Source: Geosiphon pyriformis uo1 (taxonomy: Eukaryota > Fungi > Glomeromycota). From it: a stretch of DNA of 64,000 nt. The DNA lies in NCBI GenBank assembly GCA_016748015.1, contig JAAOMT010000690.1, forward strand, positions 372,001 through 436,000, in the 5' to 3' direction. Under the pieces are notes generated by a model, which saw only the letters and a program-made list of their open reading frames with translations, searched no databases and was not told the DNA's origin. This document shows, piece after piece, positions 38,060-52,997 of the stretch (position 1 is the first letter of the stretch; each line of letters opens with the position of its first letter). The translations under genes and the position numbers were made by a program.

Positions 38060-41000
38060 ATACTTATTATATATAACTAGTTACTTAAATCAATTAATAC
38101 TGTATTATATTTTTATATTAACTTTTAAACCAATATTTAAATCTAAAAAAAACAAGCAAGTTTTGCACAATCCAAAACTAATAGCAAAAAACTTAACAAT
38201 ACTAAGCAAACAAATTACTTCTGTTAATAGAAAACTAAATAGACTATTATGTAATTTAGATAACACTTTTATATTAACAACTAAGCTATTTTTTCATATT
38301 AACTCTGTATTTTAATTTAAAATTTTACAACTTACTATAATGTTTCTTAGCCAGATAGCAGATAAAATCAATTACTATTAATATTATTTTTTTTATTATC
38401 AATATTAATACTGTTTTCTTAATCCAGTTCTTAAAAACAAATTTTTTACATAAGATCTTATAAATATAAATATTTAATACTCCCAAAAAGAAAGTGTATA
38501 ATATTAAAGATAATAATAAAAAACAAAATTTTACTAAAGACTTTTACAATTTAATATGACTTAACAAATTTTCAGAATATACAAAAACATTTTTTAAACA
38601 AGTAAAGACATAATTTAGCAGCTTAATATTACCACAAAACAAATACAATACTCTTAAATAATCTTTGTTATAAAGTTTTTTTCTTATTATAATTAACAGT
38701 ATTTTATGGACTGTTTTTATTAAATATGTATAAAAAACTACTAAAGTCTTGCTAATAGATTTAAAAAACATATGTGAATTTGGATGTCAAACTAAAGCAA
38801 TATAATACCAATTAATATTCCAAATAAATAAGTTTTATAAAATTTTTATATCTGGATTCACTTTCCAGTAGATATAATAAACCATTTAATAAACATCATA
38901 AACAAAATAACAATATTATTAAAAGTTTTTGGTCTCTTTTCTTAAATGTTATTAATATTTGTTTGCTATAAATTCACATTTTTTAGAAGTTGTTAAATTT
39001 TTAATAACTGAATTTATCTTCAAATTATCTTTTATAATTTAAATTGTTAGGCTTATAAATAGAATAGCCAATTCTATACTAGTTATTTAATATAATTATT
39101 TTGTAGTAAAAATTAACTCTTTTCTGAAAATTGCTTATCTGAAAACTCACTAAAATATGTAGTTATTTTGCTGTAAAAGTCAACTTTTTTACAGAAATCT
39201 TATCTGTAGATTATTCTAATAATTATTATAAAAAAAATAAATATTAAAAAAATAGAATTTCATTAAGAGAAACATTTTTTATTCAGGCCTAAAGTCATTA
39301 ATAAATTACTAAAATTGGTAATTAATCAATTTTAAAATGTTAATTGGAATTTGAAAAATTTTAAGTGTACTTTTAATTAACAAATTTGTGTTTTTTAAGT
39401 GTTTAGTTCTCTTTATTTAATTTGTACTAAGAACTGGTTTTAAAAAAAATGATTTTAAGCTAAGATATATTTTCTCAAAGAAAAAAGTTCTTCTTTTATA
39501 CAACTTGTTATAATATTAATCTATAAACTTGAATTGTTCTTTTTTGCTATAATTTCAATGAACTAAAAATACATTTTGATAAACTACAAGTTATTTTGAC
39601 AAACTATTAACTATTTTAGTAAATTATTTATTATTTTGGCAAATTTTTGAATATTATATAGTTTGGAGTATTATGTAATTTGATTATTCTAATTTTTATT
39701 GTACAAATTGGATTATTAATTTAATAGCAATTTTTAATAATTTTGATTAAATAATAAGTGATAATTTGAATGATAATAATATATGCTAGTTAATAATAGG
39801 AATTATAAAAGTAATTTTATGCTAATTAATGGCTAAAATTTTATTGGTAACAATAAGTATTGTCTAACATAACCAAACCATCTGCCACAATAAATTTTTT
39901 ATGAATATTAATAAAAATATTTATACAGAACTATACTATATTATGTACAAAAATATTAACTTAAACATTATTAACATTTTTTAAATGACTTTTAACTCTT
40001 ATTCACATTACAAAAATATTTTTTAATCTAATTAAATTAGCCATATACTGTTTTTTTACTTAGTACTTACTTCAGAAATCAGATACATAAAGCTTAAGCT
40101 CTAAAATACATATATCTATAACAGTTTGGCTGTTTGTATACAAAATTACTAAATAAAAAGAAAAAACACATTTTAATGCCAAAACAATAACCTATAACTT
40201 TAATATTATCAATAACAACAATCTAAAAACTTTAATATTTATGTTCATCTCAATATCAAAAAAATAAGTCACTATTTTATTTGCTATTTTTGTAGTATTT
40301 AAGTTTTTTAATAAACTATTAATGTATATATTAATTATCTTTATTCATAATTTATGTAAATGTTTCTAAACATTCAAAAACTCTTTTAAGCTGTAAAAAT
40401 TTGAACAATTAGGATTAAAAATGCTTTTATTAAAATTAACAGAAAAATTGTTTATATAAACTAAAGCTTTAACAAACTACATTAGCATTAGATCTCTTGG
40501 ACTCAATTTTTTCTAACAACAAAAAGTTTTTCAATCCACAACCAAATTATGCTTGTTTAACAATTTATTATTGAAAGCAATATCTAATTGCTTTGGAAGT
40601 TAAATTATATTATAGTAATAAGAATTTTTTATTATTTTAAATATTGAAAAATAATTAAGAAAATAGAATATATTAAACAGATCATTTACCAAAGAAATTT
40701 TAATGTCCAAAAATATTTTTATTATGCTTACTAAAAAATTATTTACAAGACTAACTTTTAACTTAATTGGAAATTATAATAGGTTTTTTGGCATCTAATT
40801 TGCAATTTATAAATCCAAAAAACAGTATTTAAACAAATAGTTAAGAATCTCTATTATATTAGAAAATCTAATACTAAAGCTATTTTGTTCTTTGCTTGTA
40901 TTTATTCAAAAAATTTTAATTTATACAAAAACAGATAATACAAAATCTTATTAAAAAAGTTTTTTAGCAAAATAGTTTTAGATCTAAATTTTTTTTAATG

Positions 41001-44000
41001 ATAATATTTAATTTCTAAAACACATTTTTAAACATAAAGCTAAACTGTATTTGATAGTTAATTATAAGCTATAAAACTGCTAAAACCAAATAAAAAAATT
41101 GTTTATCTGACAATACTTTTTTAAACACTATATTCAAAAAAAACCTGATATTCAAATACATCTTAACAAGACTTAACTTGGATATATTCTTTGTTAACAA
41201 AAAAATTTCTAAATATTTGTAAGATTTTCTATACTTGACAATAAAAATTAGCTAACTACCAATATATAATAAAGCATTTACAATTTTTTAGTTGATGAAA
41301 ATTACAATTGTTTTATTATTGTTGATTAAAATATTATTAATCTTAAAAAATTGATTAGTCATATTTAATATATACTGTATTAAAGCCTGATTGTTTTTCA
41401 CCAAAATAGTATTATTAATAAAAGTCCTTGTTATAAAAAATAAAGTTTTCTTTCTACTGATTTCTATTTTGCTTGTTTTTATTACAAATTAATATTAATT
41501 TAGTATTTATACAAATATTTATGTTTTTTTATCTTATATAATAAAGAATTATAAAAAATTCTTTAAAAAAATAGTAAGAAAACTTTATCTTAATTTAGCT
41601 TATTATATACTTTGTAATCATTTAAAAAATTAAAATTTATTAATATTTTATTAACTTTATTTCTGTATATATTATCAAAAAATTTAACAATCTAACAAAA
41701 TTTTGAACAAAATTTTCCTAGTTGTTTTAATTAATACTATAGATTATTTATTTGTCAAAATGTTATTCTAATTATATAACTTAAAAATTATTAAAACCCA
41801 TGTTTTTTTTCAGAAAATTAGAATATTATCAAGAGTTATACAAGTATTTATTAGATTTAAAAGACATTTTAATACTGTGTTATTATAATGTTTCCAAAAT
41901 TTATTAAATATGTTAAAAAAAATAGCAGTTTTATTATTAAGCAGACTACCAATTACCAAAATTAATTTTTCTATGCTAACTATGTTTATTATATCAGAAA
42001 AAGTATTTTTATTTATATAAATTAAGAACACATACTAATAAGCTTACAAATTAGATAAAACTAAGAATATTTTATACTTTTTTGTTTAATTATAATTTTA
42101 TTAACTTTAAGCTTTATTTTATCTGGCTCTAAAACCAACTCTTTTATAACTACCAAATAATTCAGAATTACTTTTCAAAAAAGCCATTTTAAAACACTTT
42201 TGATCATGTTTTTTTTATTAAAACTAAAATTTTTTATGTATTTCTTGATTGCTTTTTTAATAAATATATTTTTAATTACTTTAAACTTATAGTATTTGGA
42301 TTTTTAGTAACTTATCTTAATTTTTAACAGGTGTCTAATTACATTTACAGAATTCATATTATTACAAACCAAATTGCTGTTACCAAAAGATTTTCACACT
42401 TTTTAATGTAAAAATTACAACATATATAATAGAAATTAGCATTAAAATTATGTGAAAAAGATCTATATAATTGTACTTAATCAACAAAATCAGCCAGTGA
42501 TATAAAAAATAAATGATTAGCAATTAATCTAATTACAACAAAAAAATATATGGCACAATCTAACAATTTAACTAAGTTGGATATAAAAAAATCTTAGCAA
42601 ACTAAGAAAAACCAATAAAAATGAACAATTAATACATGTAATCTAATAACAACAAACTTTGTTATGCTCCAAAATTTTTATATACTCTTATTAGAACAAT
42701 CTAACATTTCAAATCTGCAATTAATAGTTAAAAATAATTACCAAAAAATGTAATTAATTGATCTACTTCTAATTATATTGATTATAATTACAATTAATAT
42801 TATTGATTTACAATTAATGTTTTAGATCTTATTATCTAAATCTGATCATTTAGAATTATTAACTCTTAAAAAAATAATATGCCAAGTAAGCTTATCATAA
42901 ATTGATTAAATTAAAATGTATAAATAATTGATGTATCTTAAATAGTCTTAATATAATATGTAGATCTGATGTAATTTAGTTATATATACAGTTTTTTTGT
43001 TAGTTCAGAAAAATATTAGTTAAATACTAAGCCAACTCTTTACTATAGTTTTATAGTAAGTAGTTAGTTTTTTTTTCTATATCTCACTTTTTTCTTTTCT
43101 TTTTCTATGTTTCAAATATTTGTTATTATAATTTTAAGTATGTTTTTCTATATTTTTTATTACTATTTGGGATTACATTGTTTATAATCTCTTATTTACT
43201 TATTAGTTTTTCATTACTTTTGGTCTTTAAATCATATATTATTACTATTTTATATTAAGTTTTGTTTTACTAAACAAGTTGTTAAATATAAAATAAATAA
43301 TAAAAATATTATATTGTTAGAGAGTAGTCTCAACAATAAAAAGTTTAATCAAAATTTATTTTAGTTATGTTTTACTTTCACAATTCCTTTATAAATTTCT
43401 ATAACTTTGTTTTTAAAGCTGACATTTAAACACCATACTTTTTTGATAACTAATTAAAAAAATTTTAATTATATATTTATTAAAGTAGTTTGGTTTTGCT
43501 TTTATTATTGGTTGCACTTTTAGTACATATAAAGAAATGCGACTTTTTTTTCCTCTTTAAAATATCTAAGATTGGTTTTTGTACAAAAACAAATAATAAT
43601 AACAATACTTTTTTTTATTTTTAATGATTTTATCATACACCTTTTTTTGCTTTCTTACTCACTAAAATAGTCTATACATTTATAATATACTATAATTAGT
43701 AATCATAATTATGATAATGAGTATTAAAGGTAAAAACTATTGCTATTGCTAAGAAGCTATAAATCTGTAGTTTTTACTCAGTAATACTGCTAACTCAAAA
43801 GTTTTTATTTCATTAATTAACAACCAAACTTCAATAAAATAATTAAATTCTGACCTATTATTTAAACTTAATATTTTAACTATCTTAGCAACCAATAATT
43901 TTAACTTGTAAAACTTCAAAAACTGTTTGTTTTTTGAACAATTAAAATCACTAAACCAATGTGTAGAGAATATTTTATTAGCTGTATTTATTATTATTTC

Positions 44001-46860
44001 ATTTAAAATCTTCTGTATTGTATTCAAATTTCTGATATTTTTAATATTTACAAACCTATTTTATATTGTTAACAACTTAAAAAAAAACATTCTTTAAAAC
44101 ATGTTTATTTGATATTATCTGTATTTTTTATTTTTAACTTTTAACAATTTATATTAATTTGTTTGTAAATATTGTTTAGATAAACATTTAATAGACTTTA
44201 CAAACCAACCAAAATTGAAACAGCTTTGTGATTGGTGTTAAAAAAGTCAGATATAAAACCAATTTCATAATTTACAACTGCTGATAACAAACTTTTACTC
44301 AAAAAAATATAATTAATAATTTTTTCAACTCTCTTAGAATTGTTTCAGATAAAAGTTTTAATCAAAAAATGTCTGCTAAAAAAATTAATTAAACTCATAT
44401 TTAAGCATTTTCTAAAACTTACACATTTTTTAAAACTATTTTTATCAAAATTACTATCTAAAATCATGAAAAAGCTAAAAATAACTGCCTTAAAAATAAA
44501 AAAATTGATGTTAAAAGTCTGTTTAAATTTAGTTTTAGCTGATACTTTAGCATATAAATTCAAAATTATAATTAACAGTTTATTCTTAAACAAAAAGTAA
44601 ACTAAAATTATTTTACTAAAAATTTCTTCTATTTTTGTAATATTTTAAGCCAAAAAATTGTTTATAATAATAACTATGTTAACATTAAAAAAACTGTTTT
44701 TCAAACCAGATGTAAAAATTCAGACTTTATTAAATCTGTTCATAATCTATAATCTAGTACTAAACTTCAATTTTGTCTTTATTATAATAAATATTATGTT
44801 TTTAAAATTTATGTGCCATTAAATAATGTCTTTTTGCTTGGCTAAATTGTTTATTTCTTTGATATTGCATATAGCAATTTTTTAAATAAAACTGGTTATT
44901 AAGAAAAATAAAAGCTCAAATTCAAATTGAGATTGTTTACTTTAATCAAAAAGCTCAAAATCATTTTTAATAATTTTTTTATATTATTTTTCAACTTTAA
45001 AAAACTCAACAAATCTGAAAACTTTGCTTCTATAATAGTTTTACTGCTAATAATTACAATTAAACTCTTACTTATTACTATATCTATTTCTTAATTTTGT
45101 AATAAAGAGATTATCAATAGCTAATATTTAGAGTTAAGCTAAAAAACTATTAGTCTAAGTGTGTCTAATTTTTTAGTTATCTTATTAATTTGTTTTATAA
45201 GACTAGTAAAACTGCACTTAAAAATAGTAAACCTATTATTTATTTCTAATATAATTAGCAGAAGAAATTTTATTTCCATAAAAAACCAGATTTTAAAAAT
45301 TTATTATGTTAAAGAAAAGAAAAAAATAAAAAACCACTAATAATTTTTATTCAAGAGACTTTATTAAAAGAAACTGAATAAGCAATAAAAACCAAACATT
45401 TAACATAAATAGTAGCAAGTCTGCTTTTATCTGCTTTTAAAAAAATTTTATAAAAAAAGCCACTTAAAAAGACTTTTTTACTAATAGTACAACTAATTGA
45501 TATATGATCTGATTTTTTATACTTGGCATACTTGATACATTTGGCTCTATTTATATAAAATCAACATAGATTAGTATCTTTTATTACAAATATAGTTCAT
45601 ATAGCAGTATTCAATAAAATATTAATATTAATACACATTACAGCATACTTGGCTTAAGCATATATAATTAAATAATAATTAATAACACAAGTTTTTTTAT
45701 TAATTAATCTAATAAAATCTCAAATATTATAAATATTGGTCTCCATTAATAATATATAAAGCAGTGTTTTGTTATTGTTTTTTACATTCCAAGTTTTTTT
45801 GTTTAAATCTGCTTTAGCAATATGTATAGTATATTTTTTAATTAAAATAGATTATTTAACTACAACCAAATTAGCACAACTTAATTGTTTAAATTTTATG
45901 ATTGTTTTTTTGTTATAGTCTTATTAGTTATATCTTAATTGACTTAATTATTTCAAAATTAGATAATACAGTACACATAGTTTTTATAGACATTTTTACC
46001 AGAATTTTTTTAATTATTACAATTTAATTTAAGTGTATAGCTAATTTTTTTAGATTAATGTTTACTAAGATGTTTGTAGTTCTTGTTTTTTTTGTTGTCT
46101 ATGCTAAGCTTAATTTAGATGTAAAAAACATTTAAATAATCTTAGCAAATTTTAAAAAAATAAAAGCCTCTCCAAAATTATTAATACTAATAAACAAATT
46201 TTTAATTATTTTTAATTTTTCTTAAAAAAACTTTTTTGTTATAACATCTAAATTAATATTCAAAGTAAAAAACTTTTTAACTAAGACTTAAACCAGACTT
46301 TTGAAAAAAAGAGAAAGTAATAAAAAAGTATTTATTATAAAGTTATTATTATTATTATTATTAAAGAAGTTAATCTTGTTTAAAGATTTGTTCAAAATAT
46401 GTTTGTTTACAATTTTTGGTTCTTTTAAAATATTATTAACATTTTTATTACCAATTTTATTTTTACTACTATAGTCAATACTAGTATTTTTTACCAAATA
46501 GTTTTTTTCTATATTAATATTTTTAAACTTAATAATGTTTTCATTTTTCAATTTTTTTTTACTATTATTAGCAAAACTTTTTTATTTTGTCAAAGAATTA
46601 CCAATTATGTTACTTTTAACAATAGCTTTATTTTTTATTTCTTTCTTAAAAACAAAAATCTCTTATCTAAATTTAAACCAAAGTTTTTGACAGTTTTTTT
46701 TATGTTTAAAATCCTAGAATTAACAGCCAGCTTGTTGTTAAACAAAAAAATTTTAAAGTATTTAACTGGATATTAAAAAAAAACAATAAAAAAGACAACA
46801 AAAAACTTTTTATACAAAATTATGTTCTTTAAAAAATTTAAAACATAGAAAAAAAAGAAG
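38060..46860 (-). mobile_element. Near full-length decayed non-LTR retrotransposon (ORF1, APE endonuclease, RT, RNase H, zinc-binding) with nested insertions
   Basis: Residual ORFs in the expected order: 46288..46551 (ORF1-like), 44345..44593 (endonuclease-like, IILNLYA...ILDSNFD), 43749..44027, 41810..42031 (RT N-term NNKTA...NKFWKH, homologous to 60150..60575) and 38544..38771 (TYLIKTVHK...LFC...YVFTC). Confidence 0.8.
39045..39860 (-). mobile_element. Second copy of the LTR-like element, nested in the LINE relic
   Basis: Reverse complement matches 19425-20357 (tgttaggcttat vs tgttgggcttat; ctgtaaaagtcaact; agttcttcttttatacaacttg). It has two rather than three 70-bp units. Confidence 0.7.
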
Positions 46861-48426
46861 TTTATTATTTCTATTAACAATATATTAATTATAATATTCA
46901 ATTTTATTTTAGTTATAAACAATAATTTTTTTATTATTTTAAATAATAGCAATAATAATACATATATTTATTAAAATTAATTTTAATTAATATATATAGA
47001 ATTAAATTGCTTTATATATTTAATTTAAAAACAAATAAATTATGTTTCTATATATAATTTTAATTAATTAATTTATTAAATTATTTAATCTTAATTAAAC
47101 TAATAAAATAAAAACTAAAACACTTTTTTTAATTTTTAAAACATTATTAATTTTTATAATATTTAAAGAACTGTTAATATTTGTGAAAATTTTTTTAAAT
47201 AAATGGTTTTTATTTTAGTATTTAGTAAAACTATTATAATTAAGTTTAATTTTTATATAAATTTATTAATTTGAAAATAATTATTAAGAAGAATATCAAA
47301 TTTTTTAAATATTATTGTTAATGTTTTTGTTTTTGTTGTTATAATTTTGTATAATATTTTTTAAAGAATATTTTTAATGTTTTTGGTAAAATTTTTAATG
47401 TTATTATGTTTTTAACTTTTTTAAAACTGTTATATATACCAATTAATTTTGATAATAAAATATATTTAAAACCAAGTTAATTGATTTTTTTGGTTATGCA
47501 GTTTTTAAAATTAATAATTTAATTTTTTAAATTGATAATTAAACTTGTTTTAAAATTATTATTAATTTGTTATTATTATTTTTAAATTTAAAAAATCTTT
47601 TAATAAAACAATTAAAATTATTATTGTAAAAAAATTATATTTAATAAAAAAACTCTTAAATATTAATAATATTATAAGTATTAAAATTTAAATATCTGAT
47701 TTTTAATTATAAAACTGGTTTTTTTTAAGTTTATAATTGTTTTTAAAAATTTTATTAATTTATTTATTGGCTTAATATTATATGTTAAGACTATTATTTT
47801 TTTGTTTTATATAATTTTATTTAAATCTAAATTGTAAAGTTTATTAAATTTAATTGATTCTGTTGTTAAAAAAATTAGTTTTTTGGTATTTTTAATTATT
47901 TTTTTTGTATTTGTTCAAAAAATCCAATTATCAATATTAAAACATGTTTTATATTTTTAAAAATCAAATTAATCACATTTTTAAATAGTTACTTATTTGT
48001 TTAAAAGCTTAATCAATTCAAGAATAAAAAAACTTATTTTAGTTTACTGTTGTAATTAATTATAAAAAACTTTATAATATGTAATATACAATAAAAAAAG
48101 TAATGTTTTATAGAAAAATGAATGCATAGACAAATTTATAATGAACAGATATATGTAAACTACTTACGTAAAATAATGTTTTTGGTTTAAAAAACAGATA
48201 GACAGTTGGTAAAAAAAACATGATTCATGTTTGTGGTAACATTAATGTAACTAACATAGTCAATAAAAAGACCACATCTTGTTAAAATTAAATTTCATAT
48301 TATTTTTATAGTTTCAGAAAAGTTATTAAGACAACAAAAGTGAGGTTACACTCAATAATAAATCTTTGAAATAAACTATAATTTAGTTTCATTTTTAGGA
48401 CTGCTTTTCGCCACTAGCGCGTCCAA

Positions 48427-50530
48427 ATGGAGCAAATTCAAATGGAATTATGTGAAATGTTTCCTGGCCGAGTACGACAAATTACAACATTGTTAAATCT
48501 AATGGGCAAGGTAAATGTTATTCGATACTTTCGAACATACAACATTCAAAAGGCTAGTCATTGCAGCTTTCCCTTAGTATGTATTAACTGAAAGAACTTG
48601 AATTAACGCGTTTTTCAACGAGTATTAATAGCCTAAAGATCAGACACCGCCTGCCCTTTACATTTATGGTCACACTGCCTTGGGGAAAACAACTGTTATT
48701 CAGAATCTCTTCAAGCTGGCGCTTCCACCCCATCATTATTCCTTCTTGGACTGTATCGTGTGTTTCGAACCACGAATGTTGTTTCAACATGCATTGAACG
48801 ACTTAACGATGACCCGTCCCACGCCAGCGAATGGTTACCAAAGTCAAAAATGTTTAAATCTGTCAGATTTCGTTGTGAAAGTAGCCCAATGCTGTAATAT
48901 TGGAGCTGATGCTGGCGAGACACGTTATTTGGTATTAAATATGAATACATAAGTTAATAATAACATATTGTGAACCCTCAAATTGATTCTTTTCATTGCT
49001 TTTTCTATGGAAATCAGATTTTCGATCGAGCTGAGAGATTACGAGACAAAACTCCAGATACATTAATACCTACTTTATTAAAATTGAGAGAATTGGTTGG
49101 TTGTTGCTGTGGGATCAAAATCCTTTTCGTTGGTCGATTTTATTCAATTTTTTGATTAATATTTTTAGACGAAGCAAAATATTTGTATTCTCTTTATCAG
49201 CAATATCCCCTGGGAGCATTTCAGAACAGGTGCTTCATTTTATGAACCCCTTCTGTTGCCGTTTCCAGAGTACTCCAAAGATATCCTTTTTCTCGTTGCT
49301 TTAGAAAACTTTATATTTTTGCTTTGTCTTTGACTTTGCATTCCTTATACAAGATATCTTAAGAATATTTGCGAAGCATTGTCCGAAGGGCGGAGATTTA
49401 GGATTTTTCCGGATTTTTGTTAGTTTCGTGTATGATTCTTTCAGTATTAATTGCAAAGATCTCAATCAATTATTGCACCTGGCTTCATTGCTTTACCCCA
49501 AGTATATAGAACCAATCGAAGATGGAAGAGGTTAGTATCAAACCAATTTTAGGTTGACTCATCCTTCGACGCTTAATTTATCAATTAACATTCCAACAAA
49601 CTAATAACAGCGAGACCTAGTGAAACAGCCAAGTTGATTAATTATGTCGAGCCCTATTTCAAAACAGCAATGGATAAGCTTTATTTGAATGAGATATCAA
49701 GCTCTGAATGGTCAAAAAAAGCGACGGATACAGAGGAAAATTTATTAATAACTGTATCTTTTTCACCCAGTAAGAAAGTTCAATCCCTAAATTTTTCATT
49801 CAACATCCTTTTATTTTCACGGCTAACCTATTTCCTTTGATTCACTCTGAACCCGAAAGATGATGATATACCACGGTTTACAAAATATTTGTTAATCGCA
49901 TCTTTCTTAGCGTCTTACAATCCGCCTCGTCTCGATAAACGGTATTTTTCCAAAGGTCCTGAAGATCGAATTCCTGCCTATCGAAAAAAGGCAAACCAAG
50001 GGACTCCAAGAAACAGTTCGGTTTTGAGCAAATTTGACAATAGACAAAAAAAGGTAAACAATAAATTTTGTTTCAATTCCCTTTTCAATGTAGATTTCAA
50101 TCTTTAAATTAGGGTTGAGTCAATTATCTTGCTAATATTAGAAGCTCTATCTTTGCAATCAAATTATGTAGTATCGGCAGCAACTGCAAGGCCCCGCTGC
50201 TTTTCCTGTTGAACGTTTGTTGGCGATTTTTCACAGCATTGTTCCAGATACAGATATTGATGCAGATGTTGAAATACAGACCCAGGCAAAGTTTCTATCT
50301 TTTAACTTATATGTCTCGACCGAAAGGACAATATGTTGCTAAAAATATTTAAAAAAATATCTTATAATTAGATTTCAACCTTGGTCACACTCCGTTTCCT
50401 TGCGCGTGGATCATCCTTGGATAAATTGGAGGTCGCCAAATATAAGTGTAATGTAAGCTACGAGTTTATCAAAAAAATTTCCTCAAGTTTACAATTCGAG
50501 ATCCAGCATTATTTGTATGACTTTGAATGA
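48427..50530 (+). CDS. ORC5: Origin recognition complex subunit 5, multi-exon
   Basis: FPGRVRQITTLLNLMG, Walker A IYGHTALGKT, FDRAERLRD, LLIASFLASYNPPRLDKRYF, GPAAFPVERLLAIF, ISTLVTLRFL, KYKCNVSYEFI...HYLYDFE*. Confidence 0.95.
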
Positions 50531-50568
50531 CTTAAAATAAGGTAAATTAGCATACTTATTGGAATACT

Positions 50569-52997
50569 TCAAAGTTGTTTGACTCCTGAATTCTTATTTT
50601 TTCCCTTGGTCTTTTTATCGGCTGAGTGAGTAACGGATTTTAAGTCGTTGGATTTGATAGCCGAAATGAGTTCCTTTTTCTTTTGTAAATTTGCAACCTT
50701 CTTCTCTTGCTTCTTTTTTCCATATTGTATTTTGTCATAGAGTTTCCTCTGTTTTTTAGACATCATAATCTTAGCTAATTCTTTTGCGTCTTTTTCTTCC
50801 TCTTCTTGAATATCTTCTATAGTGCGTTTCTTTCCGACCGCTAGTTTTGTTGATATCACCTTCTTTATTGAATTATTCTTAACTGATTGTTGATTTGTTT
50901 CCTTTTTTTGGTATTTAGAGAATGAAATACCCTTGGCTTCTGCTTCGAGCTCTAATATGCGAAGCTTTTCTTCATTTTCTTCCTCGGACTGCTAAGAAAC
51001 CGAAATTCATGAGATTTAAAATAAATGGGTATAGCCAAAAAAAATTTCTCTCGAATTTACCTGATTTTCCTCAATTCTAGAATTTGTCATTTTTTTCTTG
51101 GCAAACTTATCCTCTAACGGTTTTTCTAAATCTTCATCATGTTCGCTATCATTGATATCCTCTTCCTCATCTTCCATATCTTCACTAGTTTGAGAGTCGT
51201 CCTTGACAGTGATCTCCTCTTGAACGGGTCCAATGCTGATAGAATCATGATCTTCAAAATACTTGTCGATATCGGGAATATAATCCCCCTCTTTATGTTC
51301 TACAAATGGGGATAAATGAGGCGGTGGGATTTTCCCTGGTTGATATGGTTCCATAGTTAACAATTTGTGAGCGTTGATACAATCATAAACCCACTGGGGT
51401 TGAATGTAACTCCGCGAAAGAAATCGATGTTCTTGCGAGGGACGATCGCAAATTTGATGAGTAATCCGTTCATCATTTTCTACGTATGGTGACCCAAATC
51501 CTACAGTGGGATCCCAACCCACCTGTCCACCAAAGGTTCGTATTATAAATTCCAAAGAATATCGAGGAACTTCGCGTGATAAATAAAATACACATTTTGA
51601 AAATAACTGTTGGAGTTCCTGAACAGCGACAGATGCCGAGTAAAGATCGCGATAGGTGATCATTTTTGTTGCAGGGTCATTGTGGCTCTGTTCACTAGAC
51701 TTTCCATTCGTCTGTTCTGTGAATTCGTCTATCATAATTTCTTCCTGTCTGATTTCGGGGACCGAGTTGACTTCAGATTCTTCACAATCAGTTTTAATAG
51801 CGTTCAAATCGTGATCTTTGATAGATTGGAGCTTCCGAGACAAAGTCTTTAGACGTTCTTCAGACTCCTTTTTCTGAACTAACTCCTTACGTGTTTCTTT
51901 TCTTTTGTTTAGGTCATTATTTAGAGGCTGATGAATATTTACAAGGTCTATAAACTCAATTATATATGCACCCAAACCCGCTGCTGCCTCATCTTTGAGT
52001 TTGTCAAATTTGGGCGGGTATACCAAATTGGCCTCAGTGAACAATTTAAAATTCACAAACCCGACAAGCGTTTGGTAAAATTCCAAAAAAGTAAGCATTA
52101 TTCGAAAATCAATGTCATCCGGAACCTGTGATTCACAAAATTTGGTTTAATTAGATGACAAAAGAGTCTGAAAAAAGTTTAGGATACAAAGACCTGTTGA
52201 CTAAATTGATATGGAACAATCCAGGTAATGGTTTGGCCTTTGATCTCGGCTTGATAGTAAATCCCTTTAATAGATAAAAATACTTTACGCAAGCTTCTCG
52301 TGTGCATAATATAATGTTGAAATTCTGACGACAACCGTTGACAATTAAGTACTGTTTCATTTTTTATTTTGTCAGTGGCGGGAAATGTGGAAAATAAGAA
52401 TAGCATGCACAAGGCATCATCGAGATCCCTTAAGGCGTCAGTGAAACTTGGATATCTGAACAAGGAAGGTAGAATTAATGATTCATATTTATATTTTGAT
52501 CATGGATCTGGAATATTTCTCACCTTTCCTTTATAATATGATCTAAAGTGTACACGGGTTTATTGCTCTCCAAACTTTTCGCGATACCATACTGCTGCTT
52601 TCCGAGAGCTTTGCTCAGTTTTCGAACAAAAATTTTATGTTCTCTAAATTTTTCCAATACCGGCTCATGCAAAAGATAGTGGACATCTTTAAAATAGTAA
52701 AACGTTGCGGGTGTTGTAGAACCTTTGTTGGCTTTTTTCTTATTTTTGGGTTCTCTGGGGTATATTCCCTTTAAAATGCATAGACGCCTTTGATTTTTCC
52801 ATATTCAGTATAATGCGCGAATATCAAGAAAAAATTACAAAATTGTCCGTTACGAGTTGACCACCAAACAAAAACCATGAAAAAAATATAGAAAACCTAA
52901 AGTCTGCAAGGGTCACTTGTAATTTTTTCAAGGCTTGATTGCGAGTTATATAGTTGGCTGCTGCCCCGGATTGACCTTTTTTCTTTAATTTTCCCAT
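50569..52997 (-). CDS. NOP7: Pescadillo / Nop7 (PeBoW complex, BRCT domain), multi-exon
   Basis: [81 protein letters not shown]...ITHQICDRP...[30 protein letters not shown]. Confidence 0.97.

Noticed and set aside
27827-46551. Numerous Lys/Ile/Asn/Phe-rich short ORFs as independent genes
   Set aside because: Compositional artefacts of AT-rich DNA or fragments of decayed LINE ORFs.
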